Assembly: GCA_030295235.1 (NCBI GenBank)
Contig: AP026146.1
Location: forward strand, 310,001-374,000
DNA length: 64,000 nt
Reading direction: 5' to 3'
Source of the DNA: Fistulifera solaris
Lineage: Eukaryota
The position numbers and the translations under genes are program-made. The notes below the pieces were generated by a model that saw nothing but the letters and a program-made list of their open reading frames with translations, was not told where the DNA came from and ran no database searches. Shown piece by piece: positions 13,892 to 26,518 of this stretch (positions are counted from its first letter, which is position 1; every line of letters starts with the position of its first letter).

Positions 13892-15819
13892 CTAGCGACT
13901 CAGAACTCCGAATTCGGTAAGGGCACTGCGGAAGGATTCACGGCGCTCTAACTTCTTGTCGACATCGCCCGTAGCGCAGGGTGGGAAAGCACAGCCTCGA
14001 TTGACGATACCGGACACGGAATCAATGAAAGCATCCGATGTCATTCCCGTGTCGACAAATTCTTTCAAGGCGGTATAGTAGTCAAAACCGTCTTCTTTGT
14101 GTTCTTGCACCGACGAAATCCAGTAGAACATACCCGCTATCCACTTGAGTTCTGGATATTGTGCACTCGAACAGATCAATTGCGGGTTTTTGCAAAAATC
14201 GTATTCGGGATATCGGCTCGGGCGGCCTTCGTCGGCCGCGCGTTTGCCCAAATAGAAGTTTAATTTTCCAAAGTTGCAAGGTCCCGTTGTCTGAATCACA
14301 CCGCGTCCCCACCAACAGCAACCTTCCACATCGGTCCGACCGCTTCCGTTGGCAACAGGTTCGTCATTTATCTCACAACCGGCCTGTTGTCCTTCATACA
14401 CGGTACACAATTGGGGAGGATTGGCCCACGGTCGGTTGCACTGACAGTTGTAATTCCAATATCCGGTTTGAGGGTAAACCGATTTAGGACCGCACTTCAT
14501 GGGAGCCGGTGCCCCGTACCATTTGGCGTGGGTTGTCGCCGTGAGGGTCATTTCAGGATCAATTTCACAAGCCATATCTTCCTCGCCGGCGGGGCATTTG
14601 TAGTCCTGATACGACTGACCCAACTGCCCGCACGAGTTACTGATTGGATAACGCCCATTGATCAAATCCCAAGAGTTTTCGTCACATACATCATACTGAA
14701 TGGATTCTTGCATACTTTGTCCCAAAAAGGCTGCCACATTGACTAAACCATAAGTGACTCCATTTTCGCCCCCATCTTCTCCCATGTAGAATTTCAAGTT
14801 GGCAACACCATCTTGATACATGTATTTCAGAGCGTCAATCATTCCTTGATAACGATAGACCGTTGATGGTTGCCAAGTATTCGTTGGAGTCAATGATCTT
14901 AGTAGATTGTTGTTGATGCCGTCCTCGACGCTATCTAAAGTGGCCACGACCTGTTCTCCAATGGGAAACGTACCCGCCGCAAACGTGGGGTTGGGTGTTG
15001 TCGGTTTCGGAGGAGCTGTGGGGGCTGCGTCACCGGTGCGGGAGTTGCAGGAATGACCGGAGGATTGGTGGGTGGCGTAGGAGCAACGGGAGCCGCGGTA
15101 GGGCGAAAGTCCGGCTGTCCACAAGCATCCGCGAGACAGGGTCCGTTCGGAAAGGAACAAGCTCGTCGCGTCTCGTCAAAGACGGTACCCGGTGCACACG
15201 ATTGATAGACTGTGCTGACAACACCATCCGTGCATTGATAGAACGAATCACAGTCTGGAAATTTTCCTTTCAAACCAGTGAATCCTGGGGCACAACAACG
15301 ACCATCCGCTTCGACGATTGTTGTGGGTGTGGGTGCTACGGCAGTAGGAGTTGGTGCTGTGGGATTTGTTGCAGCGGGAGATGTTGCTGTGGGAGTTGTT
15401 GCAGTGGGAGTTGTTGCCGAAGGACTCGTTACCGTCGGAGTAGTGACCGAAGGAGTGGTTCCTCCTCCAGTGGGCGCCGCGACAGGGCTCAGGATCGGCG
15501 CCGCAGATGATGCGATGGGAGCACGAACAGGAGCGGGCGACGTCGTGAAGGAAACAGCTGGGCCCGCAAATGGAGCCGCATCGGGCGAGTCGTTGATCGA
15601 GCTGACTTCATTATTTCGATTTCCCGATGTGACTCCTACTGGAATAGCAATAACCAGAATCACTAGAAGGATAGCCAGAGCAATTGAAGCATACTTCCAG
15701 TAATTTGTAGATTTCTCTTTCACGGGCTCATGCGAGGGGATCTCAGCTTTTGTCAGGATCTCTTCGTCAGGCAGAGGTTGCTCTGTAAATTCTCGAGTGA
15801 ATGTATTTTCTTCTTCCAT
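13892..15819 (-). CDS. Membrane-anchored GH19-like chitinase with CBM14 chitin-binding domain
   Basis: N-terminal TM ([21 protein letters not shown]), Pro/Thr linker, CBM14-like Cys module ([17 protein letters not shown]). GH19-like motifs [37 protein letters not shown] 1-nt indel in a C-run near 15022 joins the two ORFs. Confidence 0.8.
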
Positions 15820-17049
15820 GTTTCTCTCTTGAATACAAAAGATCTTCAAACGTTTTGTTCTTCTCGACTAAAAAAGTGATGAATGAATAAAAGATATTTG
15901 ATTTGTCGTCCTTCTTCTTTCTTTGTCGCTTGGATGGCCTCTTAAAACGATCGCGGAGTTCCATTCTGCATGCCAACTTGGTTCCCGAATGGTTTTGAAA
16001 GTGGAAGGATAAAGCCTACTTGAATGTGGGGCAATAGTACTCTTTTTGTATCTGAGATCCAGCTTCTGACCTGTTAGAGGCTGGTAAAGAAACTGGTATT
16101 TACTAGTAGAGTATACAAAGTAAGTTTTGTTCTGCATCTGCGTTTCGAACTTGATACGCGAAAGTACAAGTGCGCGAGAAAAATATTGTTCTGCGAAACA
16201 AGAAAGCAGGAAGGAAATATAGAAGCAATAATGCAGACATCCATGTGTAAAACAACAATCGGGACATGATATCATAAGTAGTACATTTCGATGAAACAAC
16301 AAAAGATTGTTTTTGGATGGCAAGATAGAAAAAGAGTTCATCTCATTTATATGGATGCGAGATGGAATTCTCCGTCAAACGCTTTCTCAAACGAGTCGCT
16401 TTCCACAACAAACTATCTATTGCTTCTATTAATGAGCGATAACACTTCTTGGTCGAGACCTGTACCTCCCCCCTAGTACAGCTAGAATGAGCAGAAGACA
16501 TGGTTCGGTGAATGGTCAATCTGCCTCTTTCGTCCTTCAAAAAATGCCCAGGATTGATAAATCTCTTTGCAACTATGAGACTGCGGAGAATATGCTTAAA
16601 ACGGATGTCGCGTAATCCTTTCATCGAAAGCGTGTTCAGGCTCTCAACAAAGTAGAGGAGGTAGGCTGCGCGTCCAAATCTCCTTCGAGCCTCAATCTTC
16701 AACTCGAAACTTATCCAACGCTTCCCCAGCAACAATCTTCTGTGATTGCGCTGACAAATCCAACGAACAGCGTGAAGAATGGTCATTGAAGGGCAAGCAA
16801 TGCTTTTGACGTTGCCTAGTTTATATCCCTCATGCTGTAGCTCGACAACAGTTCCGGAGTTTTGTCTGTCAGTAGCCTTTCAATAACAGATACTCCGTTG
16901 CCATTAAAAAAGTGTTATTTGGTTCTATAGTCTAGATGCAATATATTAACCCTGGTCTCCCTTCTCCATTATTATGCTCCCAGATTCTCAGATCATCGCA
17001 TCTTTTCCAACCTATGATGTTGGATGTCTGATTGCCTCTGCATATGATA

Positions 17050-17564
17050 TGTCAAAGAGCGAGGTCGAGGTTGAGTGTCGGACTGAAAGATTTATTCAGT
17101 CATGAGTTGACACGTCATCGGATGTCGGAATGGTTCGAAATGACCGCCCTAGTTTATTGGGAAAGCATTCTACTCGTGAAAGGAGTCTCGGAAGTGTTTC
17201 GAACTATATGTTTGGGGATTTGGGATCACGGAAGAATCCAGTATGCAATTATGGACGATGACTGTTGCTAGTTGCTAAGGAACATGCAATAATGGAGAAT
17301 CTGGTGGATTGGCAGAAAGGGCTATTTTATCCTAAAGTTGTTATTGGAGAAATGGACTTGGCAAGATCGGATCATGATCAGATCAAGATCAGATCGGAGA
17401 CCAGTGAAAAAGAGGAAAGCGAAAGTAATCGTGAGGAAATCGTTATAATTCTGTAAACGAGTGTTTGGAGCAAAAGTTCGTTGTTTCAATAGTCTTTCGT
17501 CTGGGGTGTGTGGAGTCCCCCGATAGCCGAGAGCAGTTACAGACCGCGGTAGAGAATTTCAACA
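17050..17564 (+). repeat. 5' LTR (515 bp)
   Basis: tgtcaaagagc...tttcaaca, matches 21922-22431. Confidence 0.95.
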
Positions 17565-17614
17565 CGCTTATAAGCGTGGGCGTTGAGAAAAAAAAGTTTA
17601 CGAGACAAGACAAG

Positions 17615-20600
17615 ATGACCGACGAGGGAGAGAAGATGAGGGCTTTGACCTTCTACCCGTTGGACGACAAGGTCGCTGAGAAGTCGTACGATGACTGGAA
17701 GTTCAAGACGATGTCGCTGATCACGAAGAGAGGTTGGACAAGTGTGTTCGATGACCTGAAGGCCGAGATCCCCACGAAGGAAGTTGCGATGGGAGCGACG
17801 GCGACGGCGAAGGACAAGGAGTTGTATCGAAGCAATCTCGAGATCATCGATTTGTTGGTGATTGCGTGCGAAGGCGTTCCTTTGGGTCTTGTCAAGAGAG
17901 CGGATGGTGATGCGAGAGACGCATTCAAGCTTTTGGATGCTAAGTACGCCCGGAACAGCGAGGAAGATTTGGCGGAGGTGTTGGCGGAGTTCGGACGGTG
18001 CAAGTTGGCGTCGAAGGAAGATGACCCTGACAAGTTCTTCCTGGAGTGCGATCGGTTACAGAACCGTTTGAAGACAATCGGATCGCAGTATGTGAAGCCA
18101 AGTTTCGTTTTGAAAGCCCACTACTTGGCCAACCTTCCTGACGAGTATTCGGATGTGATCACGAAGTTGAGCGGAAAGATCAACGAGACCTCGATTGAAG
18201 ACCTCGAGAAGGAGATCCGGAACAAGTGGAAGCGCTGTTTCAAGCCCAAGAACGATGAAGAAAACGAAGAAAAAGAAAAAGACAAAAAAGAAAATAAAAA
18301 TTTAGCATTAAACGTCGAAAAGGGCAAGGGTGGTTTTAAGAAGAAGTTCAAGGGAAAGTGCCGCAACTGCGGCAAACAAGGACACAAGGCAGCGGAGTGC
18401 AAGAGCGACAAGAAGAAAGTCTGCTTCAACTGTGGCAAGGAAGGCCATTTCTCTCGCGAGTGTCCGGACAAGTCGAACGGCAAGGATCCGAAGTCGGAGA
18501 ACAAGGACCTGAACATGTTCGTTGGCATGTGCTATGAGGTCGGCAAAGGCGGCGAAGAGTTCTGTGGCGTCGTTCATCAAGTTGGTGCGGTCGAAACGTC
18601 GAGAGTCAACGACAAGGAAAGGTTTCTTCTCGACAGTGGAGCGACGTGCCATGTTGTTTTGGATGAAACGATTTTGCGCGATGTTATTTCGACGAAGGAG
18701 TATTTGGTCGTCGGCGACGGAAAGGAAGTCCAAGTACACAAGAAGGGTACACTCATGCTCGCTACTGTGGGTGGTACTATGAAGTTGAGTGAAGTCAAGG
18801 TGGCGCCAACGTTCGCAAAGAATATCATCAGTACTGGGGCTTTAGTGAAGCAAGGGTGCAAGATTGAGATAACCAGTTGTGCGATGAAGATCACTGACCC
18901 CTCCGGAAAGAGTGTGTTGACGGTACCTCAGTCACACTATGGGTTATACTACTTGAAGGCTAGCGTTGTTAAGTCAGATGTCCATGCGGTGGAGACCAAA
19001 GTGAAGATGGACATAAATGCTGCGCACGATATGTACGGACACGCAAGCGACATTCCTTTGAAGAGTCTCATGAAACAGTTGGGAATCGAGTTAACTGGAA
19101 CCAAGGAGACATGCGAGGCGTGCGCGTATGCGAAGGCGAAAGCAAAGGCGGTGTGCAAGTCGACGGCTATCAAAGCAACGGCGAAAGGAGAACGATTCTA
19201 CGTGGACACGAGTGGGCCCTACAAGAAATCGTTGGGACAGAGTTGCTACTGGATCTTATTGGTGGATGATTACACGCGCAAAGCTTGGAGTTACTTCGTT
19301 ACAAAGAAGTCGATGATTGGCAAAGTCATGACGCTATTTCTTGATCGCTTGAAAGGAGATCCGAACGTAATCGTAAAGTACATTCGGTGTGATAATGCAG
19401 GCGAGAACGGAACATTCAAGGAGATCTGTGAGGCGAGGGGCATAACTATGGAGTTTACTGCCCCGCATACTCCGCAGATGAACGGTGTTGTTGAGAGGAA
19501 GTTCACGACAATTCGCGATAAGGCCCTTGCGATGATGTTGGCGGCGAAGTTGTCGGATGAGCATCAAGGAAAGTTATGGCCCGAGGCTGTTCACACGGCA
19601 ACGAAGTTGGATAACGCTGTCCCGAATCGGAATGTGGAATCGAGCCCTGATTATGCGTGGTACGGCGAGCATCCTAAGATACTGAAACACTTGGTTCAGT
19701 GGGGGCGGATCGGATATGTGACTTTACGAAACAAACAGCCCAAGTTGGAGAAGAAGTCAGTGAAATGCGTGATGGTTGGGTACGCGGATTCGCATGCGGG
19801 CGATACGTATCGTGTTTACAAGCCGGATGAAAATATTGTCATTCTCTCACGTGACGTCACTTGGGCAGACTGGCATGGATCGAGTGCTTCAGTTGCATCA
19901 GAGTTAAGGATGTTTGCAGCTGGAATGGAAGTCGACTTAAAGGATGACCAAATTGGGGAGGAAGTCGCAATCAAACCGGTGATGCTCGAAGATGTCGATG
20001 CTGGAGCAGGGAGGAAAGTTGTGGAAGAGAAAGCGGCAGAGGAAGTTGTCGAAGTGGCTGTGGAAGGTCCTACGGAAGCTCTGGTACCCGAGGCTACGGC
20101 GGACAATACTCCAGCACCGAATCAACGGAAAGAGACGCAATCGACGATGAAAAGACTGAATAGAGAAATGGCAAGGCTGGACACTTCATATAACCCAACA
20201 ATGAACGCCAAAGGAGAGATCAATACAATCGATGTGTCGGAAGGTTATTTTCACTACGTTTTGAATACGGAGTTGGCGTCGGATCCTGGTGCGCCGAAAA
20301 CTTACAAGGAAGCCTTGGTTGGTCCGGGATGCAGACAAGTGGAAAGAGGCAATGAAGAAGGAGATTGAAAATTTCATTAAAAGAGATGCTTGGAAGATGG
20401 TTCCTAGAAAGCAGATGAAGGAGAGAGGACGGAAGCCTGTTACGCCGAAGTGGATTTTCAAAAGAAGAAAGAGGCAACGGGAATTCGTTTCAAAGCTCGG
20501 ACTTGTGCGCGGGGGTTTGTTCAAATCCCTGGTGTGGACTTCACTCTTTCGCATTCACCTGTTGCATCGGACATGTCGGTTCGAATGGTTTTGGCAGTGG

Positions 20601-21946
20601 TACTTTACATGTGGAAGAAGATGTGGGTCACTGAAGTTATTGACGTTGAGGCTGCGTTTCTAGAAGCGAAGTTGAGAGAGGAGGTGTATCTTGAATGGCC
20701 CTTTGGGCTATATGAGTTTGGGTACATCACGCATGAAGAGTTAATTGACTACATCATCCTATTGGAGAGGGCGATGTACGGTTTGGTCCAGAGTCCACGA
20801 GAGTACTTCATGCTCTACTGTGCCCAATTGAGGAAGCTGGGGCTTATTCAGAGTGCTGCGGATCCGTGTGTCTGGTTTAAAGTGGTGAACGGCGAGACAG
20901 TATTAATCATTGTGGTGTATGTCGATGATTGTATCCTTGCCGGTCCCCAAGAAGAAATCAATTGGTTCAAGAGAGAGATCAAGAAGCGCTTCAACATTAC
21001 CGAAATGGGCCCGATTCAGAAACACTTGGGAGTTTGGTACGAGAGAAAATCGGATGAAGCAGGAGAGTTCTACGAAGTGCGAATGGATGAGTACAAAGAC
21101 GAGATAGTAAAGGATTGGAAGGAGCTGATTGGACCGTTGAAAGCTGAGAAGACACCGGGCTATCCAGGGGAATCGCTTGTGAAGAACGAAGGCGATCCAG
21201 TTAATAAGGATCAGTATCGGAAGTTTCTCGGACGTCTCATGTGGCTGGTGCGGAAAGTAGCTCCGGAATGTGGAAATGCAGTTAGGGAGCTTGCAATGTT
21301 TATGGATTCGCCAGGTGAAGAACATTGGAGAGCGATGAAGAGATTGGTCGGCTATCTCGAGAGTACGGACGTTCATTTGAAGTTGCGCGAGCCTGTTAAT
21401 TTGAAGGTTTACGCATGGGTGGATTCAAACTTTGCTACGAACAAGGAGACGCTGGAAAAGTGTTACTGGCTACTTTGTTACCATTGGAGGTTGTTTGTGT
21501 GGCTTTTCAAGCAAGTTGCAACCGGCGGTGACACTGTCAAGTACGGAGGCGAATATTATGCGGCATCTACGTGTGCGACGGACATCAAGTTTTTGCAGAT
21601 GTTATTCGAAGAATTGTTTCCGAAGGTGAAGATTCGACCGGCTACCTTGTTTGAAGATAACACGGGCGCAATCTTCTTGATGGAAAACCAAGTTGTGGGG
21701 AATAGGACGAAACACATTGATATTCGAATGCATTTTATAAGGGAGATGATGGCTGCAACGGAGAAGGAAGAAGCCAGGCTGGTTGTGAAGTTTATTCGAT
21801 CGGAAAGGAATATTGCAGATCTGGAAACCAAGAATGTGACAGAGAAAATCCATGATCTTTTGGTGCCTGTTGTTAGAGAAGGACTCATGACGCAGTTAAT
21901 CTTAGCAGCCGACAGGGAGGATGTCAAAGAGCGAGGTCGAGGTTGA
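17615..21946 (+). CDS. Copia gag-pol polyprotein (four apparent 1-nt indels)
   Basis: Two CCHC knuckles, protease LLDSGAT, integrase H-H-C-C / YVDTSGP / IRCDNAGE / PQMNGVVER, RT VYVDD, RNase H VDSNFA / FEDN / KHIDIR / NIAD. Indels near 20327, 20460, 21453 and 21550; the last two compensate and hide RKSVTGYFVTIGG...SSTEAEY. Confidence 0.93.
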
Positions 21947-22431
21947 GTGTCGGACTGAAAGATTTATTCAGTCATGAGTTGACACGTCATCGGATGTCGG
22001 AATGGTTCGAAATGACCGCCTAGTTTATTGGGAAAGCATTCTACTCGTGAAAGGAGTCTCGGAAGTGTTTCGAACTATATGTTTGGGGATTTGGGATCAC
22101 GGAAGAATCCAGTATGCAATTATGGACGATGACTGTTGCTAGTTGCTAAGGAACATGCAATAATGGAGAATCTGGTGGATTGGCAGAAAGGGCTATTTTA
22201 TCCTAAAGTTGTTATTGGAGAAATGGACTTGGCAAGATCGGATCATGATCAGATCAAGATCAGATCGGAGACCAGTGAAAAGAGGAAAGCGAAAGTAATC
22301 GTAGGAAATCGTTATAATTCTGTAAACGAGTGTTTGGAGCAAAAGTTCGTTGTTTCAATAGTCTTTCGTCTGGGGTGTGTGGAGTCCCCGATAGCCGAGA
22401 GCAGTTACAGACCGCGGTAGAAATTTCAACA
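21922..22431 (+). repeat. 3' LTR (510 bp)
   Basis: By eye it differs from the 5' LTR only by five single-base indels. Confidence 0.95.
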
Positions 22432-22559
22432 ATGATATACTACAAGTACCGGTTGAATATTCTCGTTGTAGCCGATCTTTCATCGTTGCGCGATCATCGG
22501 CATGTCCTATTCTGCTGAAGAGAAACAACAAACCACCGAGAAAAAAAAACTACTTTGCC

Positions 22560-23349
22560 ATGAAACATTCCAATATCTTTGCCGCCTTTTTTTCACTCTC
22601 GCTTGCATTGGAGCCTTCGTCACCGTTGTCGAGGCGCCGGACATTTTCCCCTCACGGCAGCTTCCATCGCGGCCATCTCGAGACCATCCGTCGCCGTCGA
22701 ACCCTATCCGTTTGAAGCTCGCGATCGCAAATCGAATCAAGGTGCTATCATTCGAGAAGATTACTGGTATTTAGTAGGGAAACTTCCTCCGCGTCAGTTG
22801 TCGGGTCCACTCAAAGCCGATGATCCCCAATGGAATGCCTTTGGCTCTTGTACATCGAACGATGTGACGGGCAATTCCTGCACTTACGTGTCTCTCAAAC
22901 AGCGCGCCCCAGCGTATTCCAAATACAGTTTTGCCTTATCGTACGGAGCAAAGGAATACGCCAAACTAGGTCAACTACTACAACAGCGCATTGCACAGAA
23001 CCCCACCGATGAGACACTTTGGGACGAAGCCAAGGAATATTTAGTCACTCCCATCAAATCCATTCCTCCGGCTATCATAGATGCCGAGCTCAAAGGCGTA
23101 CTGTTTGCGACAGCCATGACGACCTCTCCGAATTTTCCTGGTCCCACGCGAGAGTTGTTGGTGGCCCGCTTCTACATGAATGAAGCTCACTACGCGTCGC
23201 AACAAATGCTGGCCGCTGTGGAGAAGAGAGACATCGTGCGAGCTATTCAAGCATGGGAATTCGGTAAGGATTCGTGGAATTCTTACTTTCAAATAGTCAA
23301 TCGATCGATTGTTCCCAAGGTGGGAGAGAAATTTGAACAAATTGTGTAG
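22560..23349 (+). CDS. Unknown protein, probably plastid/thylakoid-lumen targeted
   Basis: ATG 22560 gives MKHSNIFAAFFSLSLAL..SRRR; a 1-nt indel near 22648 joins it to ORF 22579-23349. Twin-Arg followed by a hydrophobic stretch; helical C-terminus. Confidence 0.65.
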
Positions 23350-23448
23350 CTTATAAATTTTATGAGAGAGTTGTGAAAACACGGAGGTGCACGCCGGCTG
23401 GGTTTCTCATCGTCGAATCAATGGAAAGCATTATCAACTGTGGGGTTT

Positions 23449-24453
23449 TTATGCAGCAGAATTCTGAGCATCAGCCAATTCACGAGCTTTCATTTCCAAT
23501 ATCTCGGCAGGCCTTCCTCCAATCACGCGATACCTGAAGCAACCCAGTACTCCTGAAAAAAGTACGGTTCCTATCACAGGATAATAACCCAAATAGTTGA
23601 GTCCTAATTCCACCAAATAGGCCAAAATGAACTCGTAACTCTTGGCGTCGCCGACGGTGAACACTTTGTATTGTGTATCACCCGCAGCGTAACTATCGAC
23701 TTCGTCCGTGTCGACATTACCAGCGTCAATAGCACTGCGCAAGGTTACGGCAAAGGTAGCTAATGCGCTTACCACAATGACACTCAGTACGATGAACAAG
23801 ACGCCCGTGCTCCGATAACGGTCCACTCGTGCCGTCATACCTCCCCTGGTATCCATGCAATACGTGCAGGCCGCCAGCGACCATATCACATTGTCGTAAA
23901 GCGCGTGCAAGGCCGCTCCTATGGTCCAAAGAGCTGTCGTTTTGAAAAAGAAGATTCTTATGTGAGATGTAGTTTTCCAGAGAACGTTTATTAGGTATTT
24001 CCGCGTACCAATGTTGCCGTTTGTAACTTGCAAGCTCGTCACGTGATTGTTGATCGATTCTGTCTCACTAGCGTTGTACTGCACGGTCACGTATTCTCGC
24101 TCATAGTCGCTATCCGTGAAAACAAAGCCGAGGTAAATAATGTTGGTAATCGCCAAACCGAAGCAAAAACTCCCTATCAAGCTCAAGATACGGACGTTTC
24201 TTGTGACGGGATGATGCCGGTGATGACAGAAGATCCCAAAGAGGGGATGATTGTTCATCAAATACTGCCAAAGATCTTGTTGCCAGTTGTTTCCAGGAAG
24301 ATGGTAGCAACGCATAATAAAGTAGGGATACAACTTGTCTCGTAGAGCTTTTTCCTGGGGTGACAGCAAGTCGCTTTCGATGTTCTGGGATGATTCCTTC
24401 TTTCCTTTCGCGGAAGACGTTGCTTTCTTCCCTGATTGTGATGAAGATACCAT
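23449..24453 (-). CDS. Hypothetical multi-pass membrane protein
   Basis: Long ORF with about 4 TM segments. Probable in-frame 75-bp GT-AG intron 24008-23934. Confidence 0.7.
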   Translation of the reverse strand: MVSSSQSGKKATSSAKGKKESSQNIESDLLSPQEKALRDKLYPYFIMRCYHLPGNNWQQDLWQYLMNNHPLFGIFCHHRHHPVTRNVRILSLIGSFCFGLAITNIIYLGFVFTDSDYEREYVTVQYNASETESINNHVTSLQVTNGNIGTRKYLINVLWKTTSHIRIFFFKTTALWTIGAALHALYDNVIWSLAACTYCMDTRGGMTARVDRYRSTGVLFIVLSVIVVSALATFAVTLRSAIDAGNVDTDEVDSYAAGDTQYKVFTVGDAKSYEFILAYLVELGLNYLGYYPVIGTVLFSGVLGCFRYRVIGGRPAEILEMKARELADAQNSAA

Positions 24454-25090
24454 TGTACAAGGCTTTATCGTTGATCCGCAAGTTTTCAATACTTTGTAAG
24501 TTGTCACATGAGTGTTGCAAATGTCTTTGCTTTGTGAGGACGAAAGCCCTTTTGTCAAACACGGAGTTTTGAAAAAAGGCAAACCTGGGAAACGAGAAAT
24601 CACGATCTAGAGATTTATGTAGTCCGGTACATAACACTATGGGAAGGTGTCATTCGTGGACAATACTTTTTCGTTTTTCACCAAGACTGAAGTTAGTCAC
24701 GGATTATGGGGCTTCATCTTGCCGGAGTGCAACGATTTGTTCGTTTGAAGCAAAAAAAATCAAGTTTATGTCCAAACAAAAGGAAGTAGACCCTAAGAAA
24801 TGCAAATAAAGGTGTGAAACTTTGCATGAAACGCACCATCTCAATTATTCCTTGTAATATAGTCCAAAGTGTAGGCGACCTTTCATCAAGACTGGATTTC
24901 CAGTCGCGAGTTGCTAAATGTTCGCATTCCATTTTTTTGTTCGATGTGTTGACTGCTCACCTTTCTTATAAGATGAAATCAAACAACAAACGCAACAAAC
25001 TTCTTCATTTTAAGTATTCTTCCGGCAGGTTCCCTTGTTAAAAAGTCGTGTCGTTGATAGACTTTCAGAACGCACAGGGAAGAAGATCGC

Positions 25091-26436
25091 ATGGCTTTGC
25101 GTGCATCGCTTCGCCAACGAAGGATTCTGATTCCGTTGTTGTTTTCGGTTTATTTGACCTTGCTATGCATTCGCAGTCTAAAGCTAGTAGCAGATGCACC
25201 CACATCAACGATAGTATTCAACGAGACACTCGAAATGGCAGCCTTTCATGCCCCACGTTCAGCAATAAATCACGTCGATAATCGTTTACCCCTCGACCAA
25301 CTCTTGGATCCCCACAACAACACCATAATCGGCGACGTACAGTTTCTTTTGGACTTTTCCATCATTGGTTTTGGGAAATGCGGTACGTCGACCATGATGC
25401 ATTGGTTGGCGGGGCATGACGAAATTCAAAGTTTCCGGAGGGAAGTTTGGGATCTCGTAGGATCCCGTCCCGACAATCTCATTCGTCGTTTATATCAGGA
25501 TCTTCCTGCGGGGAATTACAAGCGAGGTTATAAAGTACGTTCGTATCCTTATCGGCTTGTCTACTGATTCTGTTTGCTTTGGCTCACGCGACAATTATTA
25601 TTGATCCTTTGTCTCCAGGAGAAATCTCGCAAGGTCATGTTTTGGATTATTATCGTACGTTTTTCCCTAAAACAAAGTTACTTGTTGGAGTTCGTCATCC
25701 GGTTCGATGGTTTGAGTCACTCTACAGTACGTTTTGTTTTGTTATTTCATTCCAATGAAATATGAAATACTCACTTTCCTCGTTCAGATTTCCGTATCCA
25801 AAACTTATATCGTGGGGAACAAATGCCAGAACCCAACAAGTTGATCGGTCTCTGCGCGCGAGGTATGAGACAGTGTTGTACCGAGAAAGGGAATTTCGCC
25901 TACAATTTACTATTGTTAGGAAAGCATTTAGAGGGAACGAACTCATATTCGATGACATCGCTCGAGAAAAGTATTGTGGGACGGACGAAACGAACTTGGT
26001 TCAATACGTCTACTGTACTCGGCGTACCCAATCCTGTCTTTTTCTTCGATATGCATCAATTGGCGGATGACAATTTAGAACGACAGATTGTATTTCGCAA
26101 AGATGTCCAGAATTATCTGGGTCTCGCTACGGAACTTCCTCCCCCTGGTAACTACAAACCGGGACGTAAGTGGGATAAGAAAACACAAAAAGAAAAGGAC
26201 CAGGCCAAGATTGATATTTGTGACGCGAAACATATTCCAGTGCGGAAGGAGCTGATGAGAATAGCGAAACGAAATACTGAATGGATTCGGACGGTCTTTT
26301 GAATAGTCCGAACGTATTCTGTAGCTCACGGCCCTATTTGGAAGAACTCTTGTCTGAGTGGATGACGGATCCTTGTTCTAACGAGACTGAAATCGTACAT
26401 TACAAGGGGCCGACTCTCAAGTTTCCGCGACGATGA
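25091..26436 (+). CDS. Type II membrane sulfotransferase (heparan 3-O-ST-like P-loop family)
   Basis: N-terminal TM, PAPS-binding IIGFGKCGTST, KLLVGVRHPVRWFESLY. Two introns (from ~25535 and ~25727); indel near 26297; stop at 26436. Confidence 0.8.
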
Positions 26437-26518
26437 TGACTTTTATCATCGACTGCCCTTAAACTGCCGAAAGAATTCCATGACGCGTTAACCAAATGTT
26501 ATTAATCACTTATTACTT

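Larger units (their letters stand above)
17050..22431 (+). mobile_element. Full-length Ty1/copia LTR retrotransposon
   Basis: Two near-identical LTRs with TG...CA ends, a PPT (gacagggagga 21911-21921), gag-PR-IN-RT-RH domain order, and a flanking ATGATA duplication. Confidence 0.97.

Noticed and set aside
15868..16786. 157-aa and 147-aa minus-strand ORFs upstream of the chitinase
   Set aside because: No recognisable motifs and atypical composition; probably intergenic.
17032..17614. Short ORFs in the LTR and the N-terminal extension of the 967-aa ORF
   Set aside because: Non-ATG starts within LTR sequence, with frames that differ between the two LTR copies.
20320..20470. Programmed gag-pol frameshift in the copia element
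   Set aside because: The breaks lie at the IN/RT junction and within RT/RNase H, not at gag/pol, and match the homopolymer error pattern.
23449..24453. Polycystin-like assignment from the HPLFGIF...TRNVR motif
   Set aside because: The resemblance is too short to support without an HMM search.
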